This document shows, piece after piece, positions 18,666 through 27,889 of a stretch of DNA of 64,000 nucleotides. A model generated the notes under the pieces. The model ran no database searches. It was not told where the DNA came from and saw only the letters and a program-made list of their open reading frames with translations. The translations under genes were made by a program, and so were the position numbers. The DNA is from an uncultured Methanomassiliicoccales archaeon (GTDB lineage: Archaea; Thermoplasmatota; Thermoplasmata; Methanomassiliicoccales; CAZOLG01): assembly GCA_964580935.1 (NCBI GenBank), contig CAZOLG010000001.1:3114-67113 (forward strand), written 5' to 3'. Within the stretch, counting starts at the first letter, position 1; every line of letters starts with the position of its first letter.

Positions 18666-20309
18666 ATGTCTTACGGCATAGCATTGGACCTGGGTACTAG
18701 CGGCTACAGAACTCACCTGGTGGACCTGACAGGCAGAGGGAAGATCACTTCGACTTCTATCACCATGAGACACCCCCTGCCCGGTGCCAACGTGATGGAC
18801 CACCTTCACTTCTGGATAGAAAACGGTCCCGAGGTGGGCCACAAGATCGTGATGGAGACCATCGACAAGCTGATCGGACTGCACGATGTGGACCCCAAGA
18901 ATATCACCAGGATGGCGGTGTGCGGAAACCCCATCCAGCTCTCGATGTTCGAGAACATCGAGGTCAGGGACCTCGCCTACGCTGGGGAGTCGATGATCAA
19001 GAAACTGAACATCAAGAGACCTCCCCGGAAGGCCCATATCAAGTCCGCGGGCGAGGTAGGCCTGGGCGTGGTGCCTTCCGAAGCCCAAGTACTCATTCCT
19101 CCCGCTATCAGACACGAAGTAGGGGCCGATGCTCTCGCCATGATCATCAAGTCCAAGCTGCTGGAAAAGGGGGAGACGTGCATGGTCACCGATTACGGTA
19201 CCAACGCTGAAATGGGGCTATTCCACGATGGAGAACTGTTCAGCGGCAGTGCCGCTGCCGGACCGGCCCTGGAAGGACAGCACATATCCTGCGGCATGCT
19301 CGCCGCCCCCTATGCTATATCCGATCTCGGAGTGACCAACAGCAAGAAGTGGGCCAACTACGTGCTCGACAGCCAGTTGGGCGCGGTGTTTGCCTCCAAG
19401 ACCAATCCCAATAATGGGTCTTCAGAGAGACTGCAAAACATCAACGCCAGGGGGATCACCGGCACGGGCGTGGTGGCCGCGGTCGCTCTGGGCCTGGAGG
19501 AAGGCTGGATCGACCCGCCCAGGATAGGCACGTCGGACAACAGGCTCCACTTCCAGGATGGAGTGCACTTCGACGAAGAAGACCTGCTAGAGGCGGGCAG
19601 GGCGATGGGAGCCATCAGGGCAGGGCACAGGACATTGCTACACGAGGTGGGCATTGAAGACAGAGAGCTGACCGCGATGTACATGGCCGGTGCCTCTGGG
19701 ACCTATGTAGACCCCATCAAGGCACAGACGGTGGGGCTGGTACCGGGAGTCGTGGACAAGACCATCCAGGTGGGGAACACCTCGCTCATGATGGCCTACG
19801 ACATGCTGACCGATGACAGCACGCTGGACATGATGCAGGACGTGGCCGACTCCATAGCATCCAGACACATCATGTTCGCCACTTCGGACATATTCAAAGA
19901 TCTGTACGTGAACGAAGTGGCACTGTGGTCCGAGGGTATGCCCTTGGAGATGTACAACAAGATGCTCAAGAGGGCCGATCTGATGCCCCTGCCCCCCATC
20001 GAGAGGCCCAGCGAGACTCTGAAGATGGTGGACAGGGACATCCCGGTGATAGGGGACAAAGGGCTGCACACCCTGGAGAATGTGGGCGTGTTCCTGACCA
20101 TCGAACTCCCCGGTTGTACGGGCTGCCGCAAGTGCGAGACGAGGTGCCCGGAGCAGGCCCTGAAGGTCAGGGAGCTGGACGACGGCACCTTCCAGATCAG
20201 GGTGGTCACCGACCTCTGTCTGGGCACCGCGTGCAAGCAGTGCCAGACGCAGTGTTCCGAGGGTGTAATGGATTTCTCGGAACTCAGGATCAGTGAGCGT
20301 GAGGAATGA
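18666..20309 (+). CDS. ramA: Corrinoid reductive activase, RamA family (ASKHA domain plus C-terminal 2x[4Fe-4S])
   Basis: GIALDLGTSG ASKHA start. C-terminal CTGCRKCETRCP and CLGTACKQCQTQC ferredoxin motifs. 547 aa. Confidence 0.85.
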   Translation: MSYGIALDLGTSGYRTHLVDLTGRGKITSTSITMRHPLPGANVMDHLHFWIENGPEVGHKIVMETIDKLIGLHDVDPKNITRMAVCGNPIQLSMFENIEVRDLAYAGESMIKKLNIKRPPRKAHIKSAGEVGLGVVPSEAQVLIPPAIRHEVGADALAMIIKSKLLEKGETCMVTDYGTNAEMGLFHDGELFSGSAAAGPALEGQHISCGMLAAPYAISDLGVTNSKKWANYVLDSQLGAVFASKTNPNNGSSERLQNINARGITGTGVVAAVALGLEEGWIDPPRIGTSDNRLHFQDGVHFDEEDLLEAGRAMGAIRAGHRTLLHEVGIEDRELTAMYMAGASGTYVDPIKAQTVGLVPGVVDKTIQVGNTSLMMAYDMLTDDSTLDMMQDVADSIASRHIMFATSDIFKDLYVNEVALWSEGMPLEMYNKMLKRADLMPLPPIERPSETLKMVDRDIPVIGDKGLHTLENVGVFLTIELPGCTGCRKCETRCPEQALKVRELDDGTFQIRVVTDLCLGTACKQCQTQCSEGVMDFSELRISEREE

Positions 20310-20362
20310 TGTTTCTGTTGGCAGCTAGAAATTTCAGCCGGACGGTACTCCCCCTCCAATGA

Positions 20363-21250
20363 CTATTCTTGAACTGCCTGTCTGATCAACTGGTGGGAAA
20401 AGGCGGCGCTGTAGAAAGCTTTCTTCGCATACTCGATGGGACCATAGATCACGAAATCCGCACCGGCAGCTATGGGCAGTGATATTGAAGAGATATCCAC
20501 CGATCTATATAGTGAAGGCTCCTCCCCCCGCTTACGGGCCAACCCTTCCCAAGACTCCACCGCGTTATGGGGGGCGCATCCACAGGGCAGGCCCCACTTG
20601 GCCTTGGCCACGAATATACCCCTCAGGGCTGAGCCCGCGTTCTGGTCCATGGACATTACTGCTAAGTCTAAAAGCGGCCGCTCGATCCCGTACCGCTGGC
20701 CCCTGTCAATGAGTCCCTCGTCCAGGGTCTTGCCTCCGTCCTCCAGCAGGTAGATCTTACCTTTCAACGAAGGGTCAGAAGGATCGAAGGCCAGCAGGAC
20801 GGCGGACTCAATTCCCAGCTCCTGCAGTCTCTCCAGCTCCTCGTCCTCAGTGCCATAGTGTACTGTGTTGTATATGATCCTGTTCTCAACGCCCATCTCT
20901 CTGGCCCTGCGCGCTCCCGACAGCTTCACCTCAACGCTGGGGGAGTCCAGTAGTAGCGGTAGCGCAGTTTCTTCGGAAACTGTCTCCAGGTACGAGGCCG
21001 CTGCTTCCTCCGTCTCGGCGTAGAGCATCAGAGCTCCGGCGCCTTCGGTCTCCCCCATGACCTGGTGCAGAGTATCCAACCTCTTCTGGAGAGCTTCTTG
21101 GTCAACAATGCCCTCTTTCCTGTTCTCCACCACGCTGTGCTGCGGGTAGAACAGTGAGCCTATCAGTACCGGCGGTCGTTTGCCCGGCTGCCCTCCGAAC
21201 TGGACATTCTCTATCTCGAATATCTTCTGGTCCTTCTGGAAAGTAAACAT
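20363..21250 (-). CDS. MtrH/MtxH-like methylcobamide:pterin methyltransferase
   Basis: MFTFQKDQKIFEIENVQFGGQPGKRPPVLIGSLFY, LLLDS, FDPSDPSLKGK and DGGKT align by eye with MtrH. Confidence 0.85.
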   Translation of the reverse strand: MFTFQKDQKIFEIENVQFGGQPGKRPPVLIGSLFYPQHSVVENRKEGIVDQEALQKRLDTLHQVMGETEGAGALMLYAETEEAAASYLETVSEETALPLLLDSPSVEVKLSGARRAREMGVENRIIYNTVHYGTEDEELERLQELGIESAVLLAFDPSDPSLKGKIYLLEDGGKTLDEGLIDRGQRYGIERPLLDLAVMSMDQNAGSALRGIFVAKAKWGLPCGCAPHNAVESWEGLARKRGEEPSLYRSVDISSISLPIAAGADFVIYGPIEYAKKAFYSAAFSHQLIRQAVQE

Positions 21251-21262
21251 CTCACTCAGCTC

Positions 21263-22066
21263 CTAGTCTGCGCCCGTCAAGTACGATTTCATCCTGCTCA
21301 CCAGCTCGATGGAGGGTACGACAGAGACCTGGCCATCGATGGGGTCGATGATGGTTCTGAACTCTTCTGAGACCAGCACCAGTGAGGCGGAAGTGTTCAG
21401 CTTCTGGCTGGGCATCCTCAGCATCTGAGATACGAACTGATCGGAGAGTTCGTTCATCCGCCTCCCCGCCTCATCACTGTCGTCCACGAGCGCGTCCAAC
21501 TGGGGGACGTATACCCCCTTGCTGAAGGGGCCCGGATCCCGGGCCTCACAATCTTGGATGGCGTCCACCAGCTCTGTAGTCCTCTCTCTATCAAAGTCGT
21601 ATTTGGGGTTCCACTCGATGATCTCGTCTACCTCTTTTGGGTGCAGCAGGTCGATCACTTCCACCTGCTCTCTGAACCTCTCCACCGTCTCTCGATCGAT
21701 GTTGCAGATGTAGGGGATGGCCGCTCTCGTATCCCGGATCTTCCCACTCTCGTCGACCCCCCTCTTGATCAGAGAGAGCAGGGCATCTCCCGGGAAATGG
21801 CCGAATTCTTCACGGCCGCATACGGTAATGAACCTGATGTTGGGGTTGGTGACCACATTCACTATGATGCGTTCGATGCCCATGTTCTCGGTCTTGAATG
21901 TGCCCAGAAGGGAGAAGCGGTCCTGGTGCAGGTCCACCTCTCCTCTACCCACTACGGCCACGGCCACAGGATGGTCTTTTTCCCCTACCCGATAGTTCCC
22001 AGGAACGGGAGGCCAATCAGTCTTCGGTTCTCCCTCCAACGCTCTCTCCTCCCCAGTGTAGTACAA
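21263..22066 (-). CDS. MtrA/MtxA-like corrinoid-binding protein, soluble (no C-terminal TM helix)
   Basis: WPPVPGNYRVG, KTENMGIERII, TNPNIRF, the GH cobalt-ligand region, AAIPY and ERFREQVEV match MtrA blocks. The C-terminus is hydrophilic. Confidence 0.8.
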   Translation of the reverse strand: MYYTGEERALEGEPKTDWPPVPGNYRVGEKDHPVAVAVVGRGEVDLHQDRFSLLGTFKTENMGIERIIVNVVTNPNIRFITVCGREEFGHFPGDALLSLIKRGVDESGKIRDTRAAIPYICNIDRETVERFREQVEVIDLLHPKEVDEIIEWNPKYDFDRERTTELVDAIQDCEARDPGPFSKGVYVPQLDALVDDSDEAGRRMNELSDQFVSQMLRMPSQKLNTSASLVLVSEEFRTIIDPIDGQVSVVPSIELVSRMKSYLTGAD

Positions 22067-22188
22067 GGTGGCCTATATTAACATTTATTATGAAATTGTG
22101 AATCATAATGAGTTTTAATTATGAACCCTATGAAGGCGGAAATACATCGTTCGACAATTATAAATAGAAACTTAAGATTACGCTTGAA

Positions 22189-22902
22189 ATGAAGGGTATT
22201 AAAATGCTCAATTATGCGGAGATATCTGATAAACTCAAGACCATTTTAGGATTGGAGAGCGAACCAGTAGCGGTGACCCTTCTGAAACCTGGTGATGAAG
22301 TCCCCGAAGGCTACATGGCCCCTGAGAAAGGGCTCAGTCACTGCCAGTCAATCATGAAGGCCAGGAAGGGAGAGTCGCTGGTGATCAGTGCTGACAACCA
22401 AAAGTGCTCTGTGGGCGCTTCCAGCCTGGGCTTGATCTCCCTGCCCGACAAGATCCGTTCGGGCCATTTCCACCACGGGATAGGGATGTTCGAGTCTCCA
22501 GCATCCGCGAAGCGCATGATCGACGAGAGGTTCGAGCTGGACCCTGGTACCTACGTGGCCACTGCAGTCAGCCCCCTCAAGGACGCAAAGCTGGAGCCCG
22601 ATGTAGTAGTGCTGAGCGGACTCCCCGAGCAAGTTTATTGGTTGATACCTGCTTCCACTTACCGCAAGGGAGGACGGGTCAAGGTAGAAACGGCAGCATT
22701 TCAGGCAACGTGTGTGGATGCGACCCTGATCCCAATGATTACCAGTCGGATTAATCTCTCACTGGGTTGCTACGGCTGCAGGAGGAGGACGGATATAGCC
22801 GAAGAAGAGATGCTGGCCGGGATCCCCCCGAACCTGCTGGAAGAGATCGTGGAGGCTCTGGAGGAGATGGCCCCCGGGCCGATGGCCAAGGCCAGGAGTT
22901 AG
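22189..22902 (+). CDS. DUF169-family protein
   Basis: LGLESEPVAVTLLKPGDEVPEGY...SHCQSIMKARKGE pattern typical of DUF169 (COG2043). Confidence 0.7.
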   Translation: MKGIKMLNYAEISDKLKTILGLESEPVAVTLLKPGDEVPEGYMAPEKGLSHCQSIMKARKGESLVISADNQKCSVGASSLGLISLPDKIRSGHFHHGIGMFESPASAKRMIDERFELDPGTYVATAVSPLKDAKLEPDVVVLSGLPEQVYWLIPASTYRKGGRVKVETAAFQATCVDATLIPMITSRINLSLGCYGCRRRTDIAEEEMLAGIPPNLLEEIVEALEEMAPGPMAKARS

Positions 22903-22953
22903 AGTTTCTATAGGGAAGGAAGCTCTGAGACGCAGTACGCCACGCCTGCAATT

Positions 22954-23000
22954 CTGTCGGAATCGCCGACAGACCGAACCTCCTTTTATTTCCATTTTAA
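22954..23000 (+). terminator. Hairpin plus T-rich tract after the DUF169 gene
   Basis: CTGTCGG-aatcg-CCGACAG 7-bp stem, followed by cctccttttatttccatttt. Confidence 0.45.
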
Positions 23001-23155
23001 ACTGTTTAAGGCCCGCGTTTAACGCTTAGTAAGTGAGGGTTCTATTTACAGTATGTTTAATAAATGAGTAAGTAATTCACATTTTAACGAAATGATGTAT
23101 CATTCGACGTCTGTAATGGGTTTTAAATGAAACATGGTTACATGGGGGCTATCAA

Positions 23156-23629
23156 TTGGACAAGGTGGATATCAGGATCCTCCGCATGCTTAAAGAGGAT
23201 TCCCGTCAGAGTATGGCTAACATAGCCAAAGAGATCGGGATTTCAAAGGCCACGGTCAGCAGGCGCATATCCCGGATGGAAGACGAAGGCATTATCTCCG
23301 GCTTCACTGTTACCACAGATATCACCAAGATGGGAGGGATGAGGGCCATCATGCTGCTGGAGACTGCGGGCTCCTCCCTGACCAGCGTGGTCGATGACCT
23401 TTCCAAGTTCGAAGAGATTGAGTATATCCACAAGCTTTTCGGCGACCACAGCCTGCTGTGTGAGATCTACGTGACCGCGGTGGATAGCCTTTATGAGTTG
23501 ATACAGAACAGGATCATGACCATACCCAACGTGAAGAACGTAGAGGTGGACATCATGATCGAGAGGATAGCCACACACCCGGAGGCGGAGCTGAACTTCA
23601 TAGCCTCCTCGGGCGCGCTTTCCAAGTGA
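23156..23629 (+). CDS. Lrp/AsnC-family transcriptional regulator
   Basis: DKVDIRILRMLKEDSRQSMANIAKEIGISKATVSRRISRMEDEGII HTH plus a C-terminal RAM/ACT-like domain. Confidence 0.85.
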   Translation: MDKVDIRILRMLKEDSRQSMANIAKEIGISKATVSRRISRMEDEGIISGFTVTTDITKMGGMRAIMLLETAGSSLTSVVDDLSKFEEIEYIHKLFGDHSLLCEIYVTAVDSLYELIQNRIMTIPNVKNVEVDIMIERIATHPEAELNFIASSGALSK

Positions 23630-23685
23630 CCGTTTTTGCGCTCATCCTGAATAATTTAATAGAAGGTCACGTTATTTGTGTCCCC

Positions 23686-24897
23686 ATGAAACTCGGTCCC
23701 ACGCCAAAGAGGTACACTGAGGACAACCACAGGGCGGTTCCTCCTTGGAAGACTCTGGAGCGGGTGGGGCCGCTGGCAGACAGGATCGGTCTCGAAGAGC
23801 TGGAGGACATCACCGATCTTGACCGGTTGAAGATCCCGGTCTTCTCCTGCATCAGATCTTCGACCGTCGAGGGTGCTGCGTGCGTTCATAACGGCAAAGG
23901 GGCCTCCAAAGAACAGGCCAAGACCTCGGCCATTATGGAGGCACTGGAACGGTACAGCGGGGAGATGAGAGATCCCCAGGTCGAGCCCGACTTCGTCCAG
24001 CAGATGATGTCCTCCCAGAACTGCGTCGATCCCAGGACACTCATCCTGCCGGAAATGACCGCTTTTCATCTGATGCATCACAGGATCGGCTGGGTGAAGG
24101 GTTACGAGCTGTTCGAGGAGGAGGAAATATGGGTACCGGCCAACGCCGTCTTCCATCCTTACAATTCCTCCCACTTGAGACTATTCCGCTCCAACTCCAA
24201 CGGTCTGGCATCTGGGAACACCATTGAAGAGGCCGTCCTGCACGGACTGTGCGAACTGATAGAGAGGGACGCCTGGTCGATCAGCGAGTTCAGGGGCGGG
24301 GTGAACGGCAAGCTCGTGGATGAAACTGACAACAAGATCATATCCGACCTTATCGAGAGGTTCAAGTCGAACGGGGTGGAGATCCACATGTCTGACATCA
24401 CCAGCGATATCGGGATCCCCACGGTGGCAGCGGCCGGTGACGACACGGTGAGCAAGGATCCGGCCATGCTCACTATCGGAGTGGGAACCCATCTGAACCC
24501 TGAGATAGCTGCCATCAGGGCGCTCACCGAAGTGGCCCAGAGCCGCGCTACCCACTTGTACAGGCAGCAAAAATTCGATCAGAGCGGGCCGAGGATAGGG
24601 TACGAGAAGGTGAAGGAAATGAATAAGATGTGGTTTTCCTCTTCTGTCGATGAACTGGGGCTCACAGACCTCCCTTCCTATGATTCCATGGATATTTACG
24701 AGGATGTTCAGACGGTGCTGGACAAAATGAGAAAGGCGGGAATTGAGAAGGCGGTGGTGGTCGATCTGACCGATGAAGAGCTTGGCGTACCTGTAGTGCG
24801 GACCATCGTTCCGTGGTTGGAGGTGTACACCATGGACCCGCAGCGCATGGGTCCGCGGCTGAGAGGTGACACTCCCTCTGTCACGGGTCATTTCTGA
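23686..24897 (+). CDS. ycaO: YcaO-domain protein (methanogenesis marker 1 type, McrA thioglycine-forming family)
   Basis: NGKGASKEQAKTSAIMEALERYSGE and SNGLASGNTIEEAVLHGLCELIERDA YcaO blocks. The ORF opens at 23626, but the ATG at 23686 (MKLGPTPKRY) is the likely start. Confidence 0.85.
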   Translation: MKLGPTPKRYTEDNHRAVPPWKTLERVGPLADRIGLEELEDITDLDRLKIPVFSCIRSSTVEGAACVHNGKGASKEQAKTSAIMEALERYSGEMRDPQVEPDFVQQMMSSQNCVDPRTLILPEMTAFHLMHHRIGWVKGYELFEEEEIWVPANAVFHPYNSSHLRLFRSNSNGLASGNTIEEAVLHGLCELIERDAWSISEFRGGVNGKLVDETDNKIISDLIERFKSNGVEIHMSDITSDIGIPTVAAAGDDTVSKDPAMLTIGVGTHLNPEIAAIRALTEVAQSRATHLYRQQKFDQSGPRIGYEKVKEMNKMWFSSSVDELGLTDLPSYDSMDIYEDVQTVLDKMRKAGIEKAVVVDLTDEELGVPVVRTIVPWLEVYTMDPQRMGPRLRGDTPSVTGHF

Positions 24898-24912
24898 ACC
24901 CAGAGTCTGCCC

Positions 24913-24948
24913 TGATGTAACATAGTTTCATGATGAAACATAGTTTCA
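24913..24948. promoter_or_regulatory. Tandem 18-bp direct repeat containing a 15-nt palindrome, between ycaO and mcrB
   Basis: tgatgtaacatagtttca (24913-24930) and tgatgaaacatagtttca (24931-24948), 17/18 identical. The junction forms GTTTCATgATGAAAC (24925-24939). Confidence 0.4.
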
Positions 24949-25344
24949 ATCGGACGCAACATTGGATTGCCCCCGCTTTCCGCTGGCAGGGACGAGGAGA
25001 TCCTGTTTGATTCATTACATATCGTTGACTTAAGATCGATCGGGGAATTATGAAAGGAGGTTTTGATGCCGGATTACATCCTTCACAATACGGTAACAAA
25101 GGAATAGCCATTGGGATAATACAACCAATGGCCTCTCTTATAGGCAGGATTTGGAGGCCAAATTGACGATTGTTATACCTACTGGTTATCATCAATTGTT
25201 TATGGGTGGATAGTCCATCCATCCACAATCAAACTTATAAGCTCCTTTGTGTTACAATGTAAATGGAGCCGGAAGGGAGGTCGTTGCATCGAAAGGAGGC
25301 TTTTTGTAACGATGAGAACTTCCGGACAAAATAGGAGGTAACAG

Positions 25345-26670
25345 ATGGCGAAATACAAGGACAAGTTGGACTTGTATGACGACAGGGGCAAGCTGATCGA
25401 ATCAGATGTGCCGCTTGAAGCCATTAGTCCTTTGCACAACAAAGCTATCAAGAAAGTCCATTCACTGGCAAAGCGAACTGTCGCCGTGAACCTAGACGGG
25501 ATTGAGAAAGCTCTCAGGACCGGGAAGCTAGGTGGATTGGGAGTGCAGATCCGAGGAAAAGAGATCGAGGCTCCCGTGGTGGAAAAGGCTGACGAGATAG
25601 CTGCCAAAGTCAAGGACATGGTGAAAGTTGCTGATGGTGATGACACCGAAGTAGAGCTGCTTGAGGACGGCAAGAAGATGATTGTTGTCGTTCCAACAGC
25701 GCGGCTCGATGCTGGTGTCGAGTACACCACAGGATTTACAGCGGCCGCTGCTGCGGTCACCCAAGCCGTCATTGACACGTTCGACATAGACATGTTTCGA
25801 GCGAACATGGTCAAGGGAGCAGTATGGGGAAGATATCCTCAGACCCTGGACTTCATGGGATCCAACCTCAAGACCATTCTTGAGGTGCCCCAGAAGAACG
25901 AGGGTGCAGGATATGCATTGAGGAATATCATGTCCAACCATATTGTGGCCCTCACTGGGAAGAACGCGATGAATGCGGCAGCTTTGTCGTCTATATTTGA
26001 GCAAACAGCGATGTTCGAAATGGGAGACGCGATAGGTCCGTTCGAGAGGATGCACCTGTTGGGTCTGGCCATTCAGGGATTGAACGCTAACAATATTGTG
26101 TACGAAACGGTCAAGGAGAACGGGAAAACTGGAACTGTCGGTACAGTGGTCGAGTCCATTGTTGGCAGAGCCATCGAGGACGATGTAATCAAGGTGAAGG
26201 AGAAACTACCCTCTGGATACAAGGTCTACACCACAGATGACATGGCCATGTGGAATGCGTATGTGTCAGCAGGGATGCTGGCTGCTATCATGGTCAATGT
26301 GGGTGCGGCCAGAGCATCACAGGGTGTACCTTCAACCGTACTGTATTACAACGACCTCGTTGAACACGAGACTGGTCTGCCTGGTGTGGACTTCGGTCGT
26401 TCCATGGGGACTTCCGTTGGTATGTCTTTCTTCTCCCACTCAATTTACGGAGGAGGAGGGCCAGGTCTGTTCCATGGTAACCACATCGTGACTCGACACT
26501 CCAAGGGATTCCTTATACCGGTGATTGCCGCCGGTTGTGCTCTTGACGCCGGAACTCAAATGTTCTCCCCAGAGAGGACATCTGGATTGATAGAAAAGGT
26601 ATTTGGTGACATACCTGAATTTAGTTCACCCATCAAGAATGTCGGAGCTGAGGCTAAAAAGCTCAAATGA
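25345..26670 (+). CDS. mcrB: Methyl-coenzyme M reductase beta subunit
   Basis: 441 aa. [17 protein letters not shown] start and conserved McrB blocks. AGGAGG RBS upstream. Confidence 0.97.
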   Translation: MAKYKDKLDLYDDRGKLIESDVPLEAISPLHNKAIKKVHSLAKRTVAVNLDGIEKALRTGKLGGLGVQIRGKEIEAPVVEKADEIAAKVKDMVKVADGDDTEVELLEDGKKMIVVVPTARLDAGVEYTTGFTAAAAAVTQAVIDTFDIDMFRANMVKGAVWGRYPQTLDFMGSNLKTILEVPQKNEGAGYALRNIMSNHIVALTGKNAMNAAALSSIFEQTAMFEMGDAIGPFERMHLLGLAIQGLNANNIVYETVKENGKTGTVGTVVESIVGRAIEDDVIKVKEKLPSGYKVYTTDDMAMWNAYVSAGMLAAIMVNVGAARASQGVPSTVLYYNDLVEHETGLPGVDFGRSMGTSVGMSFFSHSIYGGGGPGLFHGNHIVTRHSKGFLIPVIAAGCALDAGTQMFSPERTSGLIEKVFGDIPEFSSPIKNVGAEAKKLK

Positions 26671-26679
26671 GGTGGCAAA

Positions 26680-27105
26680 ATGACGGATGTCTCACCCGCA
26701 GAAGAATACGTTCCGCTCCCTGAAATACAGATTTTCCCGGAGCGACTACTATCCGCTGACACTACCGAGAAACTACTACGACGACTGCGTCAGATCAAAG
26801 ACGTAAGGCAGATCAACGTTCATGGAGAGAGCCTGCCCGAGAAGGTCAGGTACGGCCCAGGAACGGGTCTCGATGTCAAACATCCAGAAAGAAAGAAGAT
26901 CAAGGTAGACGAGGAAGAAATGGAACTGCAGGTACAGGTTGGACGGGTGTTCGTTGAGGTCAACGACATCGACAACGTTCAACACGTTCTGGAGAAGATC
27001 GAGGAGGTATGCGAGGAAATGCTGTCCTTTGATTTCTCTCTGGAGGTGGGGAGATATTCGAAGTTTAAGCCCACCGTATCCGACTACAAGAAAGGATTGA
27101 GGTGA
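26680..27105 (+). CDS. mcrD: Methyl-coenzyme M reductase operon protein D
   Basis: 141 aa. IQIFPERLLSADTTEKLL, HGESLPEKVRYGPGTG and VQVGRVFVE are typical of McrD. Confidence 0.92.
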   Translation: MTDVSPAEEYVPLPEIQIFPERLLSADTTEKLLRRLRQIKDVRQINVHGESLPEKVRYGPGTGLDVKHPERKKIKVDEEEMELQVQVGRVFVEVNDIDNVQHVLEKIEEVCEEMLSFDFSLEVGRYSKFKPTVSDYKKGLR

Positions 27106-27111
27106 TTAAAT

Positions 27112-27885
27112 ATGGCGTATAAGAGACAATTTTATCCCGGAAACACTTCTCCTGCGAAAAACAGGCGCAGGTTCATGGACCCTTCGGAGAAGCTGGACAA
27201 GCTTCGAGAAATATCCATGGAAAATGTAGTGAAGATCTTGGGTCACAGACAACCAGGTGAAGAGTACAAGAGCATTCACCCACCCCTTGAAGAAGGTACA
27301 GAACCTGACTGCCCCATCAGAGAAATGGTCGAACCGATCGATGGTGCCAAGGCTGGGGATAGGATCAGGTATGTACAGTTCACTGATTCGGTGTACTTCG
27401 CTCCGATCGCACCCTACGTGCGAGCTTGGATGTACATGTCCAGGTACAGGGGACTCGACACGGGTACTCTGTCCGGAAGACAGATCATCGAGATGAGGGA
27501 GCGAGACCTGGAGAAGATAGCCAAGGAACTGATCGAGAATGAGACCTTCGACCCCGCGAGGACGGGTATAAGAGGTGCGACCGTTCACGGTCACGCCTGC
27601 CGTCTGGACGAGAACGGTCTGATGTTCGATGCTTGGCAGAGATATCAGTGGAACGCTAGTACTGGTGAAGTGGATTACGTGAAGGATCAGGTGGCTATAC
27701 CTTTAGACAAGCCCATCTCTGTCGGCAAGCCGATGCCGGAAGATATGTTGAAGGAAAAGACAACCATCTTCCGCGCAGACGGAGTCGACATGAATGAGGA
27801 TGAAGAAGTGACCAATGTCAACCTGAGACTGCACAGACTACGAACACTGGCTGGATTCCAGCCCTTCATGATAAAGGGGGACTGA
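27112..27885 (+). CDS. mcrG: Methyl-coenzyme M reductase gamma subunit
   Basis: [23 protein letters not shown]...[19 protein letters not shown]. 257 aa. Confidence 0.97.
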   Translation: MAYKRQFYPGNTSPAKNRRRFMDPSEKLDKLREISMENVVKILGHRQPGEEYKSIHPPLEEGTEPDCPIREMVEPIDGAKAGDRIRYVQFTDSVYFAPIAPYVRAWMYMSRYRGLDTGTLSGRQIIEMRERDLEKIAKELIENETFDPARTGIRGATVHGHACRLDENGLMFDAWQRYQWNASTGEVDYVKDQVAIPLDKPISVGKPMPEDMLKEKTTIFRADGVDMNEDEEVTNVNLRLHRLRTLAGFQPFMIKGD

Positions 27886-27889
27886 TTCA

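Noticed and set aside
13551-20309. Looked for pyrrolysine-type in-frame TAG codons or split methylamine methyltransferase ORFs in the methyltransferase cluster.
   Set aside because: No mtmB/mtbB/mttB-like sequence is present. All ORFs in the cluster are continuous.
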